Source: Hyphomicrobiaceae bacterium (lineage in GTDB: Bacteria > Pseudomonadota > Alphaproteobacteria > Rhizobiales > Hyphomicrobiaceae). From it: a stretch of DNA of 48,129 nucleotides. The DNA is taken from positions 1 through 48,129 of the forward strand of contig JANLXZ010000253.1 of the NCBI GenBank assembly GCA_031365375.1. The letters are read 5' to 3'. The notes beneath the pieces were generated by a model. It was not told where the DNA came from and searched no databases. It was given only the letters and a program-made list of their open reading frames with translations. The first letter of the stretch is position 1. Every line of letters begins with the position of its first letter. Of the stretch, positions 27,381-38,619 are shown one piece after another. The position numbers and the translations under genes were made by a program.

Positions 27381-29363
27381 TCACTCCGCGGCCACAACGC
27401 CTGCGCCGGGTCGTGCCCGGCGTGGCGCGCCTACACGCAATCGGCGATCACTTAGTGACAACATACCACCGAGGACCATGACGAGGGCACCGAGCCAAAT
27501 TAGTCGGACGAGTGGATTGAAGTAGAGCCGGACCGCGTAACCGCCATCATTTTGCGCATCGCCGAGCACGACGTACAGATCCCCGCTCCACGCGTTGTAG
27601 ATCCCGGCCTCGGTCGTCGAAACCGGAGGTTGATCATAGATGCGCTTGGCTGGATGAAGCGTCGTCACCGCCCGCGCACCGCTCGTCACGTCGAAAAAGC
27701 CAACCTGTTCCCGGTAATTCGCACCTCGTCCCGGTCCTGAGCCGCGAAATTTCAAGGTGAACCCGGCGATATCGACACTCTGACCGGGTTTCGTGACGAT
27801 GATCTTTTCCGATTGCCACGCTGTCGTGCCGACAATGCCCAGCACCATCATGCCGACGCCGAAGTGGGCCGCTGCCGTCCCAAAATTCGAACGCGGCAAA
27901 CCCTTAAGCCGCTGCCATGACTGGGCAACCGGCACCTGTCCGAGCTTAATGCGCGTAATTATCTCGGCGAACGCACCGAGCATTACCCACACGCCTAGCG
28001 CAATCGCGACCGGCGCCATCACCGGTCCGCTTCTGGTGATCGCGATGACAGCGACCAGCACAACCAGCGTTGCCGCCAGCATCAGCATCAGCCTTTGCAT
28101 CGCCGCATGCAGATCGCCCCGCTTCCAGGCCATAAGTGGACCGAACGGCAGCGCGATCAACAGCGGCACCATCAACGCGCTGAACGTCAGATTGAAGTAG
28201 GGTGGACCGACCGAGATCTTGGCGCCGGTCAGTGCCTCCAATGCCAGCGGATAGAGTGTGCCGACAAACACGGTGGCGCAACTCGTCGTCAGAATGATAT
28301 TGTTGAGGACCAGCCCGCCTTCGCGGCTGATCGGAGCGAATAAACCGCCTTGTTTCAAGGCGCCGACACGCATCGCGAACAGTGTCAGTGCGCCGCCGGT
28401 AAAGAACAACATGAGCGCCAAAATAAATATCCCGCGCGCGGGATCAACCGCAAAGGCGTGCACAGACGACAGTACACCGGACCGCACCAGAAAGGTTCCC
28501 ATCAGCGACAGTGAGAACGTCAGAATTGCCAGCAGGATGGTCCAGACTTTCAGCGCCTCGCGACGCTCCATGACGACCGCCGAGTGCAACAGCGCCGTAC
28601 CGGCAAGCCACGGCATGAACGAGGCATTTTCAACTGGATCCCAGAACCACCACCCGCCCCAGCCGAGTTCATAATAGGCCCACCAGGATCCCATCGCGAT
28701 ACCCAGCGTCAACGACATCCAGGCGGCGAGCGTCCACGGCCGGACCCAACGTGCCCAAGCCGCATCCTGACGACCCTCGATAAGTGCTGCCACCGCAAAC
28801 GAAAATGCGATCGAAAACCCAACGTAGCCGGCATAGAGGAACGGCGGATGGAATGCCAACGCCGGGTCCTGCAGCACCGGGTTCAAACCCTGTCCCTCAG
28901 GCGCCGCCGGATCGAGCCGCAGGAATGGATTAGAGGTCGCAACGATAAACAGGCAAAAGGCGAGTGCGATCGAAGCTTGTACACTCAGCACGGTTGCCCG
29001 CAACGTCATTGGCAAGTTGGTGCCGAACACCGCAACTGCGGCGCCGAATGCCGCGAGCATCAGCACCCAGAGCACCATCGAGCCTTCGTGATTCCCCCAC
29101 ACGCCTGCGATCTTGTAGATCAGCGGCTTTGCCGTATGCGAGTTGGTTGCGACATTGACCACCGAGAAATCGGAGGCGACGTATAGCCACATCAAACACA
29201 AAAACGACATCAAAACGAGCGCGAGTTGAGTCAAGGCCGCCGGCTTGGCGACGTCCATCATGGCGACATTCGAAGTTTGCGCACCCCATAACGGCACTAC
29301 CGTCTGCACCAGGGCAACGGCGAGAGCGAGCACGAGCGCGAAATGACCGAGTTCGGCTATCAT
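27381..29363 (-). CDS. ccmF: Cytochrome c heme lyase subunit CcmF (CycK)
   Basis: A 660-aa polytopic membrane protein with the Trp-rich [20 protein letters not shown] motif. Confidence 0.93.
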   Translation of the reverse strand: MIAELGHFALVLALAVALVQTVVPLWGAQTSNVAMMDVAKPAALTQLALVLMSFLCLMWLYVASDFSVVNVATNSHTAKPLIYKIAGVWGNHEGSMVLWVLMLAAFGAAVAVFGTNLPMTLRATVLSVQASIALAFCLFIVATSNPFLRLDPAAPEGQGLNPVLQDPALAFHPPFLYAGYVGFSIAFSFAVAALIEGRQDAAWARWVRPWTLAAWMSLTLGIAMGSWWAYYELGWGGWWFWDPVENASFMPWLAGTALLHSAVVMERREALKVWTILLAILTFSLSLMGTFLVRSGVLSSVHAFAVDPARGIFILALMLFFTGGALTLFAMRVGALKQGGLFAPISREGGLVLNNIILTTSCATVFVGTLYPLALEALTGAKISVGPPYFNLTFSALMVPLLIALPFGPLMAWKRGDLHAAMQRLMLMLAATLVVLVAVIAITRSGPVMAPVAIALGVWVMLGAFAEIITRIKLGQVPVAQSWQRLKGLPRSNFGTAAAHFGVGMMVLGIVGTTAWQSEKIIVTKPGQSVDIAGFTLKFRGSGPGRGANYREQVGFFDVTSGARAVTTLHPAKRIYDQPPVSTTEAGIYNAWSGDLYVVLGDAQNDGGYAVRLYFNPLVRLIWLGALVMVLGGMLSLSDRRLRVGAPRRARPGAGVVAAE

Positions 29364-29860
29364 GGGCTCTTGCTCTGGCCTCCGCTGGTCTGATCGGTCA
29401 CAGGTGGCTTACCCTGGTGTTTGGCTGCGTCGCCGAGTTTTACGCCACGCGCCTTGAGTGCGCTTGCAACGTCGGGAGGCATGTAAGTTTCATCATGCTT
29501 AGCTAGAACCGAATCGGCAACGAATGTTCCGTTGCCGTCGAGCCGGCCTTCAGCAACGACACCTTGGCCCTCGCGGAATAGATCCGGCAATATGCCGGTG
29601 AAGACAACCGGCACTGTTTTCAGCGTGTCGGTAACCGCGAATTCGACCTGTGAACCGGAACCGCGCTTGACGGATGCATCGGCGACGAGTCCGCCGAGCC
29701 TGAACCGCGGACCAGGAATGATTTTCTTTTCGGCAATGTCACTTGGCGTGTGAAAATAGGTGATGGTATCTTTCAATGCAAACAGCACTAAAATTGCGGC
29801 GATGCCAAGCAAACTGACGCCACCGCCGATCAACGTTGCGCGCCTCTGTTTTCGGGTCAT
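29360..29860 (-). CDS. ccmE: Cytochrome c maturation heme chaperone CcmE (CycJ)
   Basis: N-terminal anchor, an OB-fold region, and the heme-binding [10 protein letters not shown] (HxxxY) motif. There are ATGA overlaps with both neighbours. Confidence 0.92.
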   Translation of the reverse strand: MTRKQRRATLIGGGVSLLGIAAILVLFALKDTITYFHTPSDIAEKKIIPGPRFRLGGLVADASVKRGSGSQVEFAVTDTLKTVPVVFTGILPDLFREGQGVVAEGRLDGNGTFVADSVLAKHDETYMPPDVASALKARGVKLGDAAKHQGKPPVTDQTSGGQSKSP

Positions 29861-31032
29861 GAGCCAAGCCCTATTTCTATCGCGAGCGCGTTGATCGAGG
29901 AGAGTGCCGTCTGATCTTCCGCAAGTGCCGTTCGAGCTTCAGACAATGCTGCCTTGGCCTTCGGCACATCGCCAAGTACCGCATACGCCCGCAGTAGCCG
30001 CTGCCAGCCAGCCGGATCGCGCCCGTTTGCCTTCAGGCGAGCATGTAGGCTGTCGACCATACCGGCAATCATTTGCTGACGCTGCTCCGGCGGCATTGCG
30101 GCTGCAGCAGACGCATCCTCGGCGGTCGGCCCACGCGCGGGCGGTCCAGACGTGGTTGACGCTCGGTCGGTCGACAAGGCCGCGAGACGCTCGATCACCG
30201 TCGCACGCCACGGCGCGTCGGCAGGAGCCTGCGCCAGCAGCGCACGATATTCGTCTGCCGCTTCCTTCAGCTCCCCTTTTTGTTCCCGACCGACAGCCAA
30301 CCACAATCGCGGCTCGATGCGGCTCGGTTCCAATTTGAGAACCTTCTCGAATGCGGCCCGCGCCTCATCCGTGACACGGCCGTTGCTCGCGCGAATGGAG
30401 CTCTCAGCCAACCCCAGCAACCGCTTCGAAGTCTCACCCAGTAATTCGATCGCGCGAGCGAATGCTGTGCGCGCTTCCGCAAAGCGCTGGTCGCGCAGAT
30501 AAACCGGAGCGATCACATCCCAGCCACGACCATCGTCCGGGGCCTCACGCAGGCGGGCTTCCACTTGAGCGATCAGCGCACCGACATCAGGCGCGCCCGG
30601 CACTGTGGTCCGGCTTTGAGCGGTCTGCTTGGCCTCGTTCGACGCCCCAGGCAAACCCGGCTCGCCATAGGCCAGATAGAGCCCAATCGCGATCAATGGA
30701 ATCGCTGCGACCACACAACCTTTTAATGTGTTGAGATTGGATCTAGCCTGACGTTTCCGCGCGACTGATCCGATTGGCTCCACGGTTATACGTGATGCCA
30801 GAGCGAGCATCCGCCGTGATAGTTCGATCCGGGCGGCATCTGCTTCGGCGTTGCCGATGACGCCGCGCGCGAGTTCCCGATCAATCTCGGCGAGCTGGTC
30901 TTTGTACACATTGAGTTGTCCGGCATCAGCAGGATCGAGCGCTGCGTTAGCGCTCGATTGCCGGAACAGCGGCCATGCAATTACAATCACAACCAGGCCG
31001 GTCATAACAATCAGGACGGGCCAGAGCACCAT
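29857..31032 (-). CDS. ccmI: Cytochrome c-type biogenesis protein CcmI (CycH), TPR-containing
   Basis: Two N-terminal TM helices, a periplasmic TPR-like Ala/Leu-rich region, and a position at the head of ccmEFH, as in the rhizobial cycHJKL cluster. Confidence 0.8.
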   Translation of the reverse strand: MVLWPVLIVMTGLVVIVIAWPLFRQSSANAALDPADAGQLNVYKDQLAEIDRELARGVIGNAEADAARIELSRRMLALASRITVEPIGSVARKRQARSNLNTLKGCVVAAIPLIAIGLYLAYGEPGLPGASNEAKQTAQSRTTVPGAPDVGALIAQVEARLREAPDDGRGWDVIAPVYLRDQRFAEARTAFARAIELLGETSKRLLGLAESSIRASNGRVTDEARAAFEKVLKLEPSRIEPRLWLAVGREQKGELKEAADEYRALLAQAPADAPWRATVIERLAALSTDRASTTSGPPARGPTAEDASAAAAMPPEQRQQMIAGMVDSLHARLKANGRDPAGWQRLLRAYAVLGDVPKAKAALSEARTALAEDQTALSSINALAIEIGLGS

Positions 31033-31186
31033 ATGTGTTTTGTTCCCTTTAGCTTGCAGTCAGTGAGCAAGCGACAGCATGTAACTCCAATTGAAGATAC
31101 ACCCGATCGAGGGAGTAGACACCCTGATTACATGACGCAAGTGAGCAGGCCGCTATGACACCAATGTCGCAGGCCGACGCTGGTTC

Positions 31187-31660
31187 TCAACCAACGTTGG
31201 TCCAAGTCCCGTCAGGATTACGGCATGCAGTGGCACGCATGGCCTGCGGACGACCGTCGATATAGATCTTATGGGTATAATCCCGGCAATGCTGCGGTCC
31301 ACGTTGATATGGCTCCATCGGGATAACCTCACCGTAGCGACCATTGTCCGGGTTGCGCCAAGGCGTCATCTCCCCAGAGCGACCACGCTCCAAAGCTGCC
31401 ATTTCAGCCTGTTGAGCAAGGATACGATCCTGCTTGTCCATCGACTTTCCAATTTCGCTGCCGACGACACCACCGATGACCGCGCCAGCAACCGTCGACA
31501 AGATTTTACCATCACGACCGCGACCGACCGCGTTGCCGAGGATGCCGCCAGCAGCGGCACCGACAACAAGACCGGTATCACTCTTAGTCGGCCCTTCCGG
31601 CCCACACGCCGACATAAGCAAGGAAATAGTCACGACAACTGCGGCGTTAAAAATGCGCAT
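31187..31660 (-). CDS. Outer-membrane lipoprotein, glycine-zipper / 17-kDa surface-antigen-like
   Basis: Lipobox LLMSAC, a glycine zipper (GAAAGGILGNAVG...GAVIGGVVGSEIG), and a C-terminal surface-antigen-like segment (RDYTHKIYIDGRPQ...ACRNPDGTW). Confidence 0.75.
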   Translation of the reverse strand: MRIFNAAVVVTISLLMSACGPEGPTKSDTGLVVGAAAGGILGNAVGRGRDGKILSTVAGAVIGGVVGSEIGKSMDKQDRILAQQAEMAALERGRSGEMTPWRNPDNGRYGEVIPMEPYQRGPQHCRDYTHKIYIDGRPQAMRATACRNPDGTWTNVG

Positions 31661-31764
31661 GATCTACCTCGTAGAGCTTACCATCAGCTCGAATTAAGTT
31701 TCCTCCATAATGCCAGTGCGGATCGATTCGGGCAAAAATTCGGCTCAACTGATGCCCGATTGCC

Positions 31765-33147
31765 CTAAACCGCAGGCAAATCGAGTTTGACTGCCAAACC
31801 GCCGTGGCTCGACTGCTTGAGCTCGATGGTACCGCGGTAACTCGTCACCAAATCGCTCACGATCGATAGTCCGAGCCCGGTGCCGGGCTTGGTCTCATCG
31901 AGACGCAGTCCGCGTTTACCGATTCTCGTGCGTTGCTCGGGCGTCAGCCCTGGTCCATCGTCTTCCACCACGATGTCCATACGCCGCAGCGGCTGTCGCG
32001 CGGTTAACGAGGGCCCTTCGATGGTCAGGAACACGCCGGCCTTCGACCATTTGCAGGCATTGTCAAGGAGATTTCCCAACATCTCTTCCAGATCCTGCTT
32101 CTCGCCCTGGAACCTGACATCGGGCGAGCATGCGACTGTGATTGCCACGCCCTTGTCGCGATAGATACGCTCCAGCGCCCGTTGCAAGGGCTCGATCAAC
32201 GGAAGCACGTCGGTTGACTTGCCGATGGTTCCGGCTTGAGCCGCCATTCTTGCGCGATCGAGATAAAGACTGATTTGGTCGCGCATCAGCCGCGCCTGTT
32301 CGGCGACCTTGGCTGCGAATGGGCTCTTGTCGTCGTCGGCCTCATTCGTGATGACCGCCAGCGGCGTCTTCAATGCATGCGCGAGGTTGCCAACCTGGGT
32401 CCGCGCTCGATCGACAATGTCTTGGTTCGACTGGATCAGCGCATTGAGTTCGAGTTGCAGCGGCGCGATCTCAATTGGCATATTGCCTTCGAGACGATGC
32501 ACCTCACCAGCGCGGACGCGGGCGAGCCCGCGTTCGACAGCACGCAGCGGCATTAAACCGAAGCGCACCTGGAACAGGGTCATCGCGACCAATCCCAGCC
32601 CGGCCAGCGCCAGCGCCATCGCCAGTTTTTTTCTGAACTCCGAAACCCGCGCCTCAGGCCATTCGATCGGCCCTGCAACGATGATCGAGTAACGCCGGCC
32701 GGTTACCTCATCGCCGAGCCGCTCGATTGCCTCGGCAATGCGCAGTCGCTGGCCGAGCGGGCCGACGCCATCGATCCAACGAATGTCGGACGCATCGGGC
32801 GCGATCCATTTGAGAAAAGGCGATTCGAGTTCTGCGGTCGCCAGCGAGTTAGACACGCGGCGCGGTCCCGCCGGCTCGTCGAGCGGCTTGATCTGCCAAT
32901 ACCAGCCGGAATGCAGTCGCTGAAACAACGGCTCGCCGACGTCCCCGGGCGTGCCGAGTTCGGTACTGGTATGATCGATACTATCTGTCTGGACGACTGA
33001 AAGCAGCGTCTTGATTTTGTCGTCAAAGCTCTGGAATGCTTCCTGCGCATACATCGAATAGATGATGAAACCGGCTAACGGCAGAACCAGCATGGTCCAC
33101 CCGAGCGCCGTTGCGAAAAGCCTGAACGCGAGTGAGTTAAGCCGCAT
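31765..33147 (-). CDS. Sensor histidine kinase (periplasmic domain, HAMP, HisKA, HATPase_c)
   Basis: H-box VGNLAHALKTPLAVI, N-box NLLDNACKW, G1 VEDDGPGL, G2 GTGLGLSIV. It overlaps the upstream response regulator gene by 11 nt. Confidence 0.88.
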   Translation of the reverse strand: MRLNSLAFRLFATALGWTMLVLPLAGFIIYSMYAQEAFQSFDDKIKTLLSVVQTDSIDHTSTELGTPGDVGEPLFQRLHSGWYWQIKPLDEPAGPRRVSNSLATAELESPFLKWIAPDASDIRWIDGVGPLGQRLRIAEAIERLGDEVTGRRYSIIVAGPIEWPEARVSEFRKKLAMALALAGLGLVAMTLFQVRFGLMPLRAVERGLARVRAGEVHRLEGNMPIEIAPLQLELNALIQSNQDIVDRARTQVGNLAHALKTPLAVITNEADDDKSPFAAKVAEQARLMRDQISLYLDRARMAAQAGTIGKSTDVLPLIEPLQRALERIYRDKGVAITVACSPDVRFQGEKQDLEEMLGNLLDNACKWSKAGVFLTIEGPSLTARQPLRRMDIVVEDDGPGLTPEQRTRIGKRGLRLDETKPGTGLGLSIVSDLVTSYRGTIELKQSSHGGLAVKLDLPAV

Positions 33148-33808
33148 CGTCCTCTTGCGCGAGGCGATAGCCGAGGCCGCGGACGGTCTTTATCAAATCG
33201 CCGGGGATCTTTTTTCGCAGGCGACCGATGAACACCTCGATCGTATTGCTATCGCGGTCAAAGTCCTGCTCGTATAGATGCTCGACCAGTTCCGTGCGCG
33301 ACACGACCCGGCCATTGTGGTGCATCATGTAAGCAAGTAGACGGTACTCATGGCTGGTCAATTTGATCGTCTGGCCATCGTAAGCGACGCGGGCCGTGGT
33401 GGTATCGAGCCGTAGCAGACCGCACTCGATCTCACTCTTTGCATGCCCGGAAGCACGCCGGACTTGAGCGCGGACGCGGGCCAACAACTCTTCCATATGG
33501 AACGGCTTCGCCAGATAATCGTCGGCGCCAGCATCCATCCCCGCAACCTTGTCGCTCCAACGATCACGAGCGGTGAGAATGATAACCGGCATCTTCTTGT
33601 CGGCGCGCCGCCACTGCTCGAGAATGCTGATGCCGTCCATTTTTGGCAGGCCGATATCGAGGACGACGATGTCGTAAGGCTCGGTCTCGCCCAGAAAATA
33701 GGCTTCTTCGCCGTCCATTGCCTTGTCAACCGCAAAACCCGCTTCGGTCAACGCGGATACGAGTTGCCGATTTAGATCGGGATCATCTTCGACGACGAGC
33801 GCGCGCAC
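33137..33808 (-). CDS. OmpR/PhoB-family response regulator
   Basis: RALVVEDDPDL...DIVVLDIGLP...YLAKPF plus a winged helix (LTSHEYRLLAYMMHHNGRVVSR...IEVFIGRLRKKI...TVRGLGYRL). I prefer the GTG at 33808, which has AGAGG 6 nt upstream. The track ORF extends to an ATG at 33859. Confidence 0.88.
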   Translation of the reverse strand: MRALVVEDDPDLNRQLVSALTEAGFAVDKAMDGEEAYFLGETEPYDIVVLDIGLPKMDGISILEQWRRADKKMPVIILTARDRWSDKVAGMDAGADDYLAKPFHMEELLARVRAQVRRASGHAKSEIECGLLRLDTTTARVAYDGQTIKLTSHEYRLLAYMMHHNGRVVSRTELVEHLYEQDFDRDSNTIEVFIGRLRKKIPGDLIKTVRGLGYRLAQEDDAA

Positions 33809-33930
33809 GGGCAACCTCTTGACGACAACAAGGGCGACCCCGTTCGGAATCGCCCTCACATTATAGACCGGTAGCAGATCCGTTCATAGGCGGTTGTTGT
33901 CGCGCGCCGAACCCTAGGCGGTCGCCACGT

Positions 33931-36705
33931 TCAGAACTGGAAATCACTTGCCGTGACATCGGTATTCAAGACACCGAACAGCCGGATCGTATCGGCACCG
34001 ATGGTGACCACCGTATCGGTGCCAAACGCCGTGATGACGATCGCCCCGCCGATGCTGGCACTCGAGAAAAAGCGGCCCGATACGTCGATGAGGTCTTGCC
34101 CGCCCGCCGGATCGGCGTCGAAGCCGTAGACGATGTCGTTGCCGGACCCGGCCGCGAACTTGACGCGGTCGTTGCCGCCGCTGCGCAGATCGAGTTGATC
34201 GTTGCCGGCGCCGCCGATCAACACATCGCCGCCGAAGGCGGTATCAAGCAGATAATCGTTACCGCCGGCGCCATCCAACGTCACCGCCTGCGAGGCAATG
34301 TGGCCGTACAGGTAGTCGTCGCTGGCGTTTCCCAGGCCTCCGGTCGCTGCACCATAAAGGATCAGCTGCTCGACGTTGGCTGCAAGCAGCGTCGTTCCCG
34401 CGATCTGTGAGTAGATTGTGTCGAAGCCGCCGGTCCCGGTCTCGGTAACCGTGTCGAGGCCACTTTCGAGGTAGTAAACGTCGGTGGCATCACCACCCCG
34501 TAAATCGTTTAAGCCACCAAAGCCGAACAGCAGATCCACGCCCGCCCCCCCGATCAGCGTGTCGGAGAAGCTGCCGCCGAACAACACGTCCGAGCCACCA
34601 CCACCATCGAGCGTCACCGCACCCGTCGTCGAATTGCCGAACATGATGTTGTTGTCTGTCAAGCTGGTCGAAACTGCCGATGTGGCGGTGCTGTAAAGAA
34701 TGATCTGCTCGAGCCCTTCGCCCACCGTGATCGAGTGGCTGGAGTACACCGTGTCGATGCCGTCGCCACCTGCTTCCGAAATCACATCGGTCGAGGTGTA
34801 GGTGAAATAGATGTCTGAGCCGATGCCGCCATTCGCATTGTTGTTACCGCCATAAAGCAACAAGGTGTCGACGCCCGCTCCACCGACGATCGTGTTGCCA
34901 CCGGCTGGCGAGCTATAGATAACGTCGTTGCCTGCCCTGCCATCGAGGCTTAGAGAGATGAAACTGTCGAGCCCGTAGATGATGTTGTCGCCGTCGTTGC
35001 CCGCGCCTGAGGTTACTGTGCCGCGCACGACGAGCTGTTCGATGTTGGCGCCCAATGTAAAGTTCGCCGTGGCAATCACGATGTCGAAACCGCCCGAAGC
35101 AATCACGGCGTTGCTCTCAATTGCAACATCGCCCGCACTGTCGATGTAAAATATGTCGTTGCCGTCGCCACCTAACAACGTATGCGTACCACTCACACCA
35201 AATAATTGATCGTTGCCAGCCCCACCATCCAGTGTTTCATTGGCGGCCGAGCCGTACAGCACATCGCTCGAATCAGAGCCGACAAGCGTTTCGATCGAAG
35301 AGTAAATATCTCCCACGGCGTCGCCGGTGTTAGCCCCGGTCGAGCCAAGATTTACAGTAACCCCTACCAATGAAGTTGCGTAACTGACTGCGTCGTTGCC
35401 GAGCCCACCTATGAACGTGTCGCTACCGGCGCCGCCGATCAGCGTATCGTTGCCGTCGCCGCCACTGAGAGTATCGTTGCCTAGGCCCCCGTTGAGGAAG
35501 TTATCGGCTGCGTTGCCGATGATATTATCGTTGCCAATGCCGCCGACTGCGTTCTCGATCACACTACCGCGCGCAATCGCGATATTGTTGATTTGACCGC
35601 CCACATCTGAATGCGCTTCGGCATTGAGATCAATTCGCTGCGCCTGAGCGTATCCGGAGACGTCGAGTGTATCGATGCCGCCGCTATCGAAAATCGTCAA
35701 TGCGGGAGCTGAGCCGCCATAGATCGCATCATCGAAGTGGTAAAATTGGCCCGCATTCGAATGGAAGCCATAGATGGTGTCGCCCAAGCGCGTCGAAGAG
35801 GAGGCGCCGTAAAGGTTCGCTATTGCGATGATATCGGCAAGTTGCGGGCCGACGATGAAATCAAAGGAACCGGTGCCAGCTTCATCTTGAGCGAAATACG
35901 ACATGACCGATGTCGCCCAGCTGTCATTTGTATAAAGGTTGTCGACCCCGTATACGGCATTGCCGTTGTAGAGCCCGCCGTGCCCCAGGCCGAGCGCATG
36001 TCCGATCTCATGGATGTAGGTCTGGAGTGTGTAGCTATCGACGCTCGTAATGCTGCTGTTCCAATCGGATGAGATCTGGACCGTGGCGGTGATGCCGTCG
36101 GCGAAGGTCTGAGCGATGTTGGAACCAGCGTCACTAAAGCTGATTTGTGCGGACGCAGACGTCTCGACAAAGATAAAACTGCCGACATCGTCCCAAGTTT
36201 GAAGCGCTAAGCGGGCGATCGTCTGCTCTGCGAGTGTCAACGCTTGCACGTTGAAACTGATCGTGCTGGTCGCGAAATGATAGCCGGCACCGCCCCAATA
36301 GCCGGTCGTCAGGTAGTCGGCCACCTGATCGAGAGTATACGTCGGTAGCGGCGGCGCGATAGCTGCCGAGATTGTATAGCTACCGGTATCGCCAATGTTG
36401 AATGCAGCTGCATCGGCATAATAAACGCCGGATGTAGTCGCTGTGAAACGGATCTGCGAATTGAGGTTGCCGGCCGGTTCATTGACGTCATCATTGGAAG
36501 CCAGGAGCGTTCCAGATCCACTATAAAGATTGAGGTAGGTATCGGTGAACGTCAGCCCATTCAAATTGAATAGATAGGTCTGCCCGGCGGTCAGATTTAC
36601 GCGAAACCAGTCATGGTCACCGGAATTGTCGATCGTGCTCGTAACCGAGGTGCCGATCGCCAAGGACGCGGTCGTGGCACTGTTTGAGGCGATTAAATCT
36701 GGCAT
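33931..36705 (-). CDS. Serralysin-like (M10B) zinc metalloprotease with N-terminal PPC-like domain and extended RTX calcium-binding repeats; probable type I secretion substrate
   Basis: HEIGHALGLGH at 35980..36012, a Met-turn (SVMSY), and canonical GGxGxD nonapeptides (GGIGNDNIIGNAADNFLNGGLGNDTLSGGDGNDTLIGGAGSDTFIGGLGND). There is no N-terminal signal peptide. The C-terminus ends ...VTASDFQF. Confidence 0.88.
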   Translation of the reverse strand: MPDLIASNSATTASLAIGTSVTSTIDNSGDHDWFRVNLTAGQTYLFNLNGLTFTDTYLNLYSGSGTLLASNDDVNEPAGNLNSQIRFTATTSGVYYADAAAFNIGDTGSYTISAAIAPPLPTYTLDQVADYLTTGYWGGAGYHFATSTISFNVQALTLAEQTIARLALQTWDDVGSFIFVETSASAQISFSDAGSNIAQTFADGITATVQISSDWNSSITSVDSYTLQTYIHEIGHALGLGHGGLYNGNAVYGVDNLYTNDSWATSVMSYFAQDEAGTGSFDFIVGPQLADIIAIANLYGASSSTRLGDTIYGFHSNAGQFYHFDDAIYGGSAPALTIFDSGGIDTLDVSGYAQAQRIDLNAEAHSDVGGQINNIAIARGSVIENAVGGIGNDNIIGNAADNFLNGGLGNDTLSGGDGNDTLIGGAGSDTFIGGLGNDAVSYATSLVGVTVNLGSTGANTGDAVGDIYSSIETLVGSDSSDVLYGSAANETLDGGAGNDQLFGVSGTHTLLGGDGNDIFYIDSAGDVAIESNAVIASGGFDIVIATANFTLGANIEQLVVRGTVTSGAGNDGDNIIYGLDSFISLSLDGRAGNDVIYSSPAGGNTIVGGAGVDTLLLYGGNNNANGGIGSDIYFTYTSTDVISEAGGDGIDTVYSSHSITVGEGLEQIILYSTATSAVSTSLTDNNIMFGNSTTGAVTLDGGGGSDVLFGGSFSDTLIGGAGVDLLFGFGGLNDLRGGDATDVYYLESGLDTVTETGTGGFDTIYSQIAGTTLLAANVEQLILYGAATGGLGNASDDYLYGHIASQAVTLDGAGGNDYLLDTAFGGDVLIGGAGNDQLDLRSGGNDRVKFAAGSGNDIVYGFDADPAGGQDLIDVSGRFFSSASIGGAIVITAFGTDTVVTIGADTIRLFGVLNTDVTASDFQF
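34096..35544 (-). repeat. RTX nonapeptide (GGxGxDxUx) repeat region, including three ~110-aa tandem super-repeats (about 34126..35130)
   Basis: Residues ~388-870 of the protease. Three successive units share the pattern G-G-x-D-T/I-V/I-Y/I-S/A ... E-Q-L/I-x-L/V ... LDG-x-x-G-x-D ... GGAG-x-D. Confidence 0.8.
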
Positions 36706-36921
36706 TGAGGCATCTCACCAACATTCGGCACCGCTGACGCTCACGGAACAGATGATACTCTGGTCTACGTGAAAAAAGGTGACGCTGGGGAGACGCGTGG
36801 CAGTTGAAAAACAATTATTTCTAAAGAGTGGAGTGTGCGGCGAGATTGACCTCGGCCTTCTCAGGCAAAGGTCAATTAAGTGTCCACACATGTTTCACAG
36901 CGACCGCATTGGGGCTCCGAA

Positions 36922-37284
36922 TCAGCCCTTTTTGCCGGCCTTGCGAGCGGCATAGCGAGCGTCACGGGCAGCCTTCTGCTTGGCTTCCAACTCTTCCTGA
37001 TGCTTGATCTCGGCCTCATAAGCGGCCTCTTCGGCTGCCTTCTTCTCGGCAAGCTCTGTCTGGCGCCTGGCTTCGGCCTCGGCTTCGGCCGCTAGTTTGG
37101 TCTGTCGAGCGGTCTCGCGGCGAACCTGGCGCTCGGTTTCGATTCGCAGCAGCTCTGCTTGCCGGGCTTTGAACTCGGGATCGTCCGGCTTCGGCTTTGC
37201 CTTGAACTTCTCCAAAGCCGCTTGCTTGGCCTTTTGCGCGCTTGATTGTCGATCGTTGAAATCGGGTATCTTGAAGCCACTCAT
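36922..37284 (-). CDS. Small Lys/Glu/Ala-rich, predicted coiled-coil protein of unknown function
   Basis: A 120-aa ORF (MSGFKIPDFNDRQSSAQKAKQAALEKFKAKPKPDDPEFKARQAELLR...). It resembles small charged proteins conserved in Rhizobiales. It lies 48 nt downstream of nuoF on the same strand. Function not assignable. Confidence 0.6.
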   Translation of the reverse strand: MSGFKIPDFNDRQSSAQKAKQAALEKFKAKPKPDDPEFKARQAELLRIETERQVRRETARQTKLAAEAEAEARRQTELAEKKAAEEAAYEAEIKHQEELEAKQKAARDARYAARKAGKKG

Positions 37285-37332
37285 AGGTAGTCGAACTCCG
37301 TTTCCTTAAGGATCCCGTTTCGGGTAACTGTC

Positions 37333-38616
37333 TTACTCTGCTGCTTGGCGGTGTGCCGCCTGATATTGGTCGATCCGTTCTTCTATAACATGCCGGAAGT
37401 TGCGGATCAGGCCTTGTACCGGCCAAGCCGCTGCTTCGCCGAGCGCACAAATCGTGTGCCCTTCTATCTGCTTGGTGACATCGAACAATAGGTCGATTTC
37501 ACGTTTCTCGGCTTGCCCCTTGGCCATGCGTTCCAGTACCCGCCACATCCATCCTGTGCCCTCGCGGCACGGCGTGCATTGGCCGCAACTCTCGTGCTTG
37601 TAGAAATAGGCGATACGGGCAAACGCCTTGATGATATCGGTCGACTTGTCCATCACGATAATGGCGGCGGTTCCCATGCCTGATTTCAGCTTCGACAAGG
37701 TGTCGAAGTCGAGGGTGAGATCTTGGCACTGCGAAGCCGGCAAAAGCGGCATCGACGACCCACCTGGGATGACCGCTAGTAGATTTTCCCAGCCGCCCCG
37801 AACGCCTCCGCAATGGGTGTCGATGAGCTCACGCAGCGGGATGCTCATTTCCTCTTCGACGACGCACGGATTATTCACGTGGCCTGAGATCTGGAACAAC
37901 TTGGTGCCGGTGTTGTTCGGTGTGCCGAGGCCCGAAAACCAACCTGCTCCGCGCCGCAGGATGGTCGGCACGACAGCGATGCTCTCGACATTGTTGACCG
38001 TCGTTGGCGCGCCGTAAAGACCGACATTGGCCGGAAATGGCGGCTTCAGGCGCGGCTGGCCCTTCTTGCCTTCGATACTCTCGAGCATTGCCGTTTCTTC
38101 GCCGCAAATGTAAGCGCCGGCGCCGTGATGAAGCACGACCTCGAGGTCCCAACCATGGATGTTATCTTTGCCGATCAACTTCGCCGCATAGGCTTCGTCC
38201 ACGGCCACCTGCAACCGCTCGCGCTCGCGGATATATTCGCCGCGCAAATAGATGTAGCAAACGTGAGCGCGCATGGCATAGGCCGCGATCAACGCACCTT
38301 CGATCAAAACATGCGGTTCATGGCGCATGATCTCGCGATCTTTGCACGAGCCGGGTTCGCTTTCGTCCGCATTGATCACTAGGTAGGAAGGCCGCGAGTC
38401 CGCCTTCGGCATGAACGACCACTTGAGACCGGTCGGGAAGCCCGCTCCACCGCGCCCACGCAAGCCCGACGCTTTGACCTCGTTGATGATCCAATCGTGG
38501 CCCTGGTCGATGAACTCCTTGGTGCGTTCCCACGTGCCCCGCGATTTCGCTGCGGTCAGACCAGCATCCTGGAAGCCATAGATATTCGTGAAGATACGGT
38601 CTTTGTCAGCGAGCAT
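37333..38616 (-). CDS. nuoF: NADH-quinone oxidoreductase subunit F (NDUFV1 homologue)
   Basis: DRIFTNIYG, the FMN/NADH site [21 protein letters not shown], the N3 cluster ligands [12 protein letters not shown] and [11 protein letters not shown]. 427 aa. Confidence 0.95.
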   Translation of the reverse strand: MLADKDRIFTNIYGFQDAGLTAAKSRGTWERTKEFIDQGHDWIINEVKASGLRGRGGAGFPTGLKWSFMPKADSRPSYLVINADESEPGSCKDREIMRHEPHVLIEGALIAAYAMRAHVCYIYLRGEYIRERERLQVAVDEAYAAKLIGKDNIHGWDLEVVLHHGAGAYICGEETAMLESIEGKKGQPRLKPPFPANVGLYGAPTTVNNVESIAVVPTILRRGAGWFSGLGTPNNTGTKLFQISGHVNNPCVVEEEMSIPLRELIDTHCGGVRGGWENLLAVIPGGSSMPLLPASQCQDLTLDFDTLSKLKSGMGTAAIIVMDKSTDIIKAFARIAYFYKHESCGQCTPCREGTGWMWRVLERMAKGQAEKREIDLLFDVTKQIEGHTICALGEAAAWPVQGLIRNFRHVIEERIDQYQAAHRQAAE

Positions 38617-38619
38617 CGA

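Noticed and set aside
36846-36875. Inverted repeat TTGACCT...AGGTCAA with inner GCC/GGC pairing, downstream of the Lys/Glu-rich ORF and upstream of the RTX protease gene.
   Set aside because: It could be a terminator or an operator, but it has no U-tract, the loop is large, and no second copy exists in the window. The evidence is insufficient.
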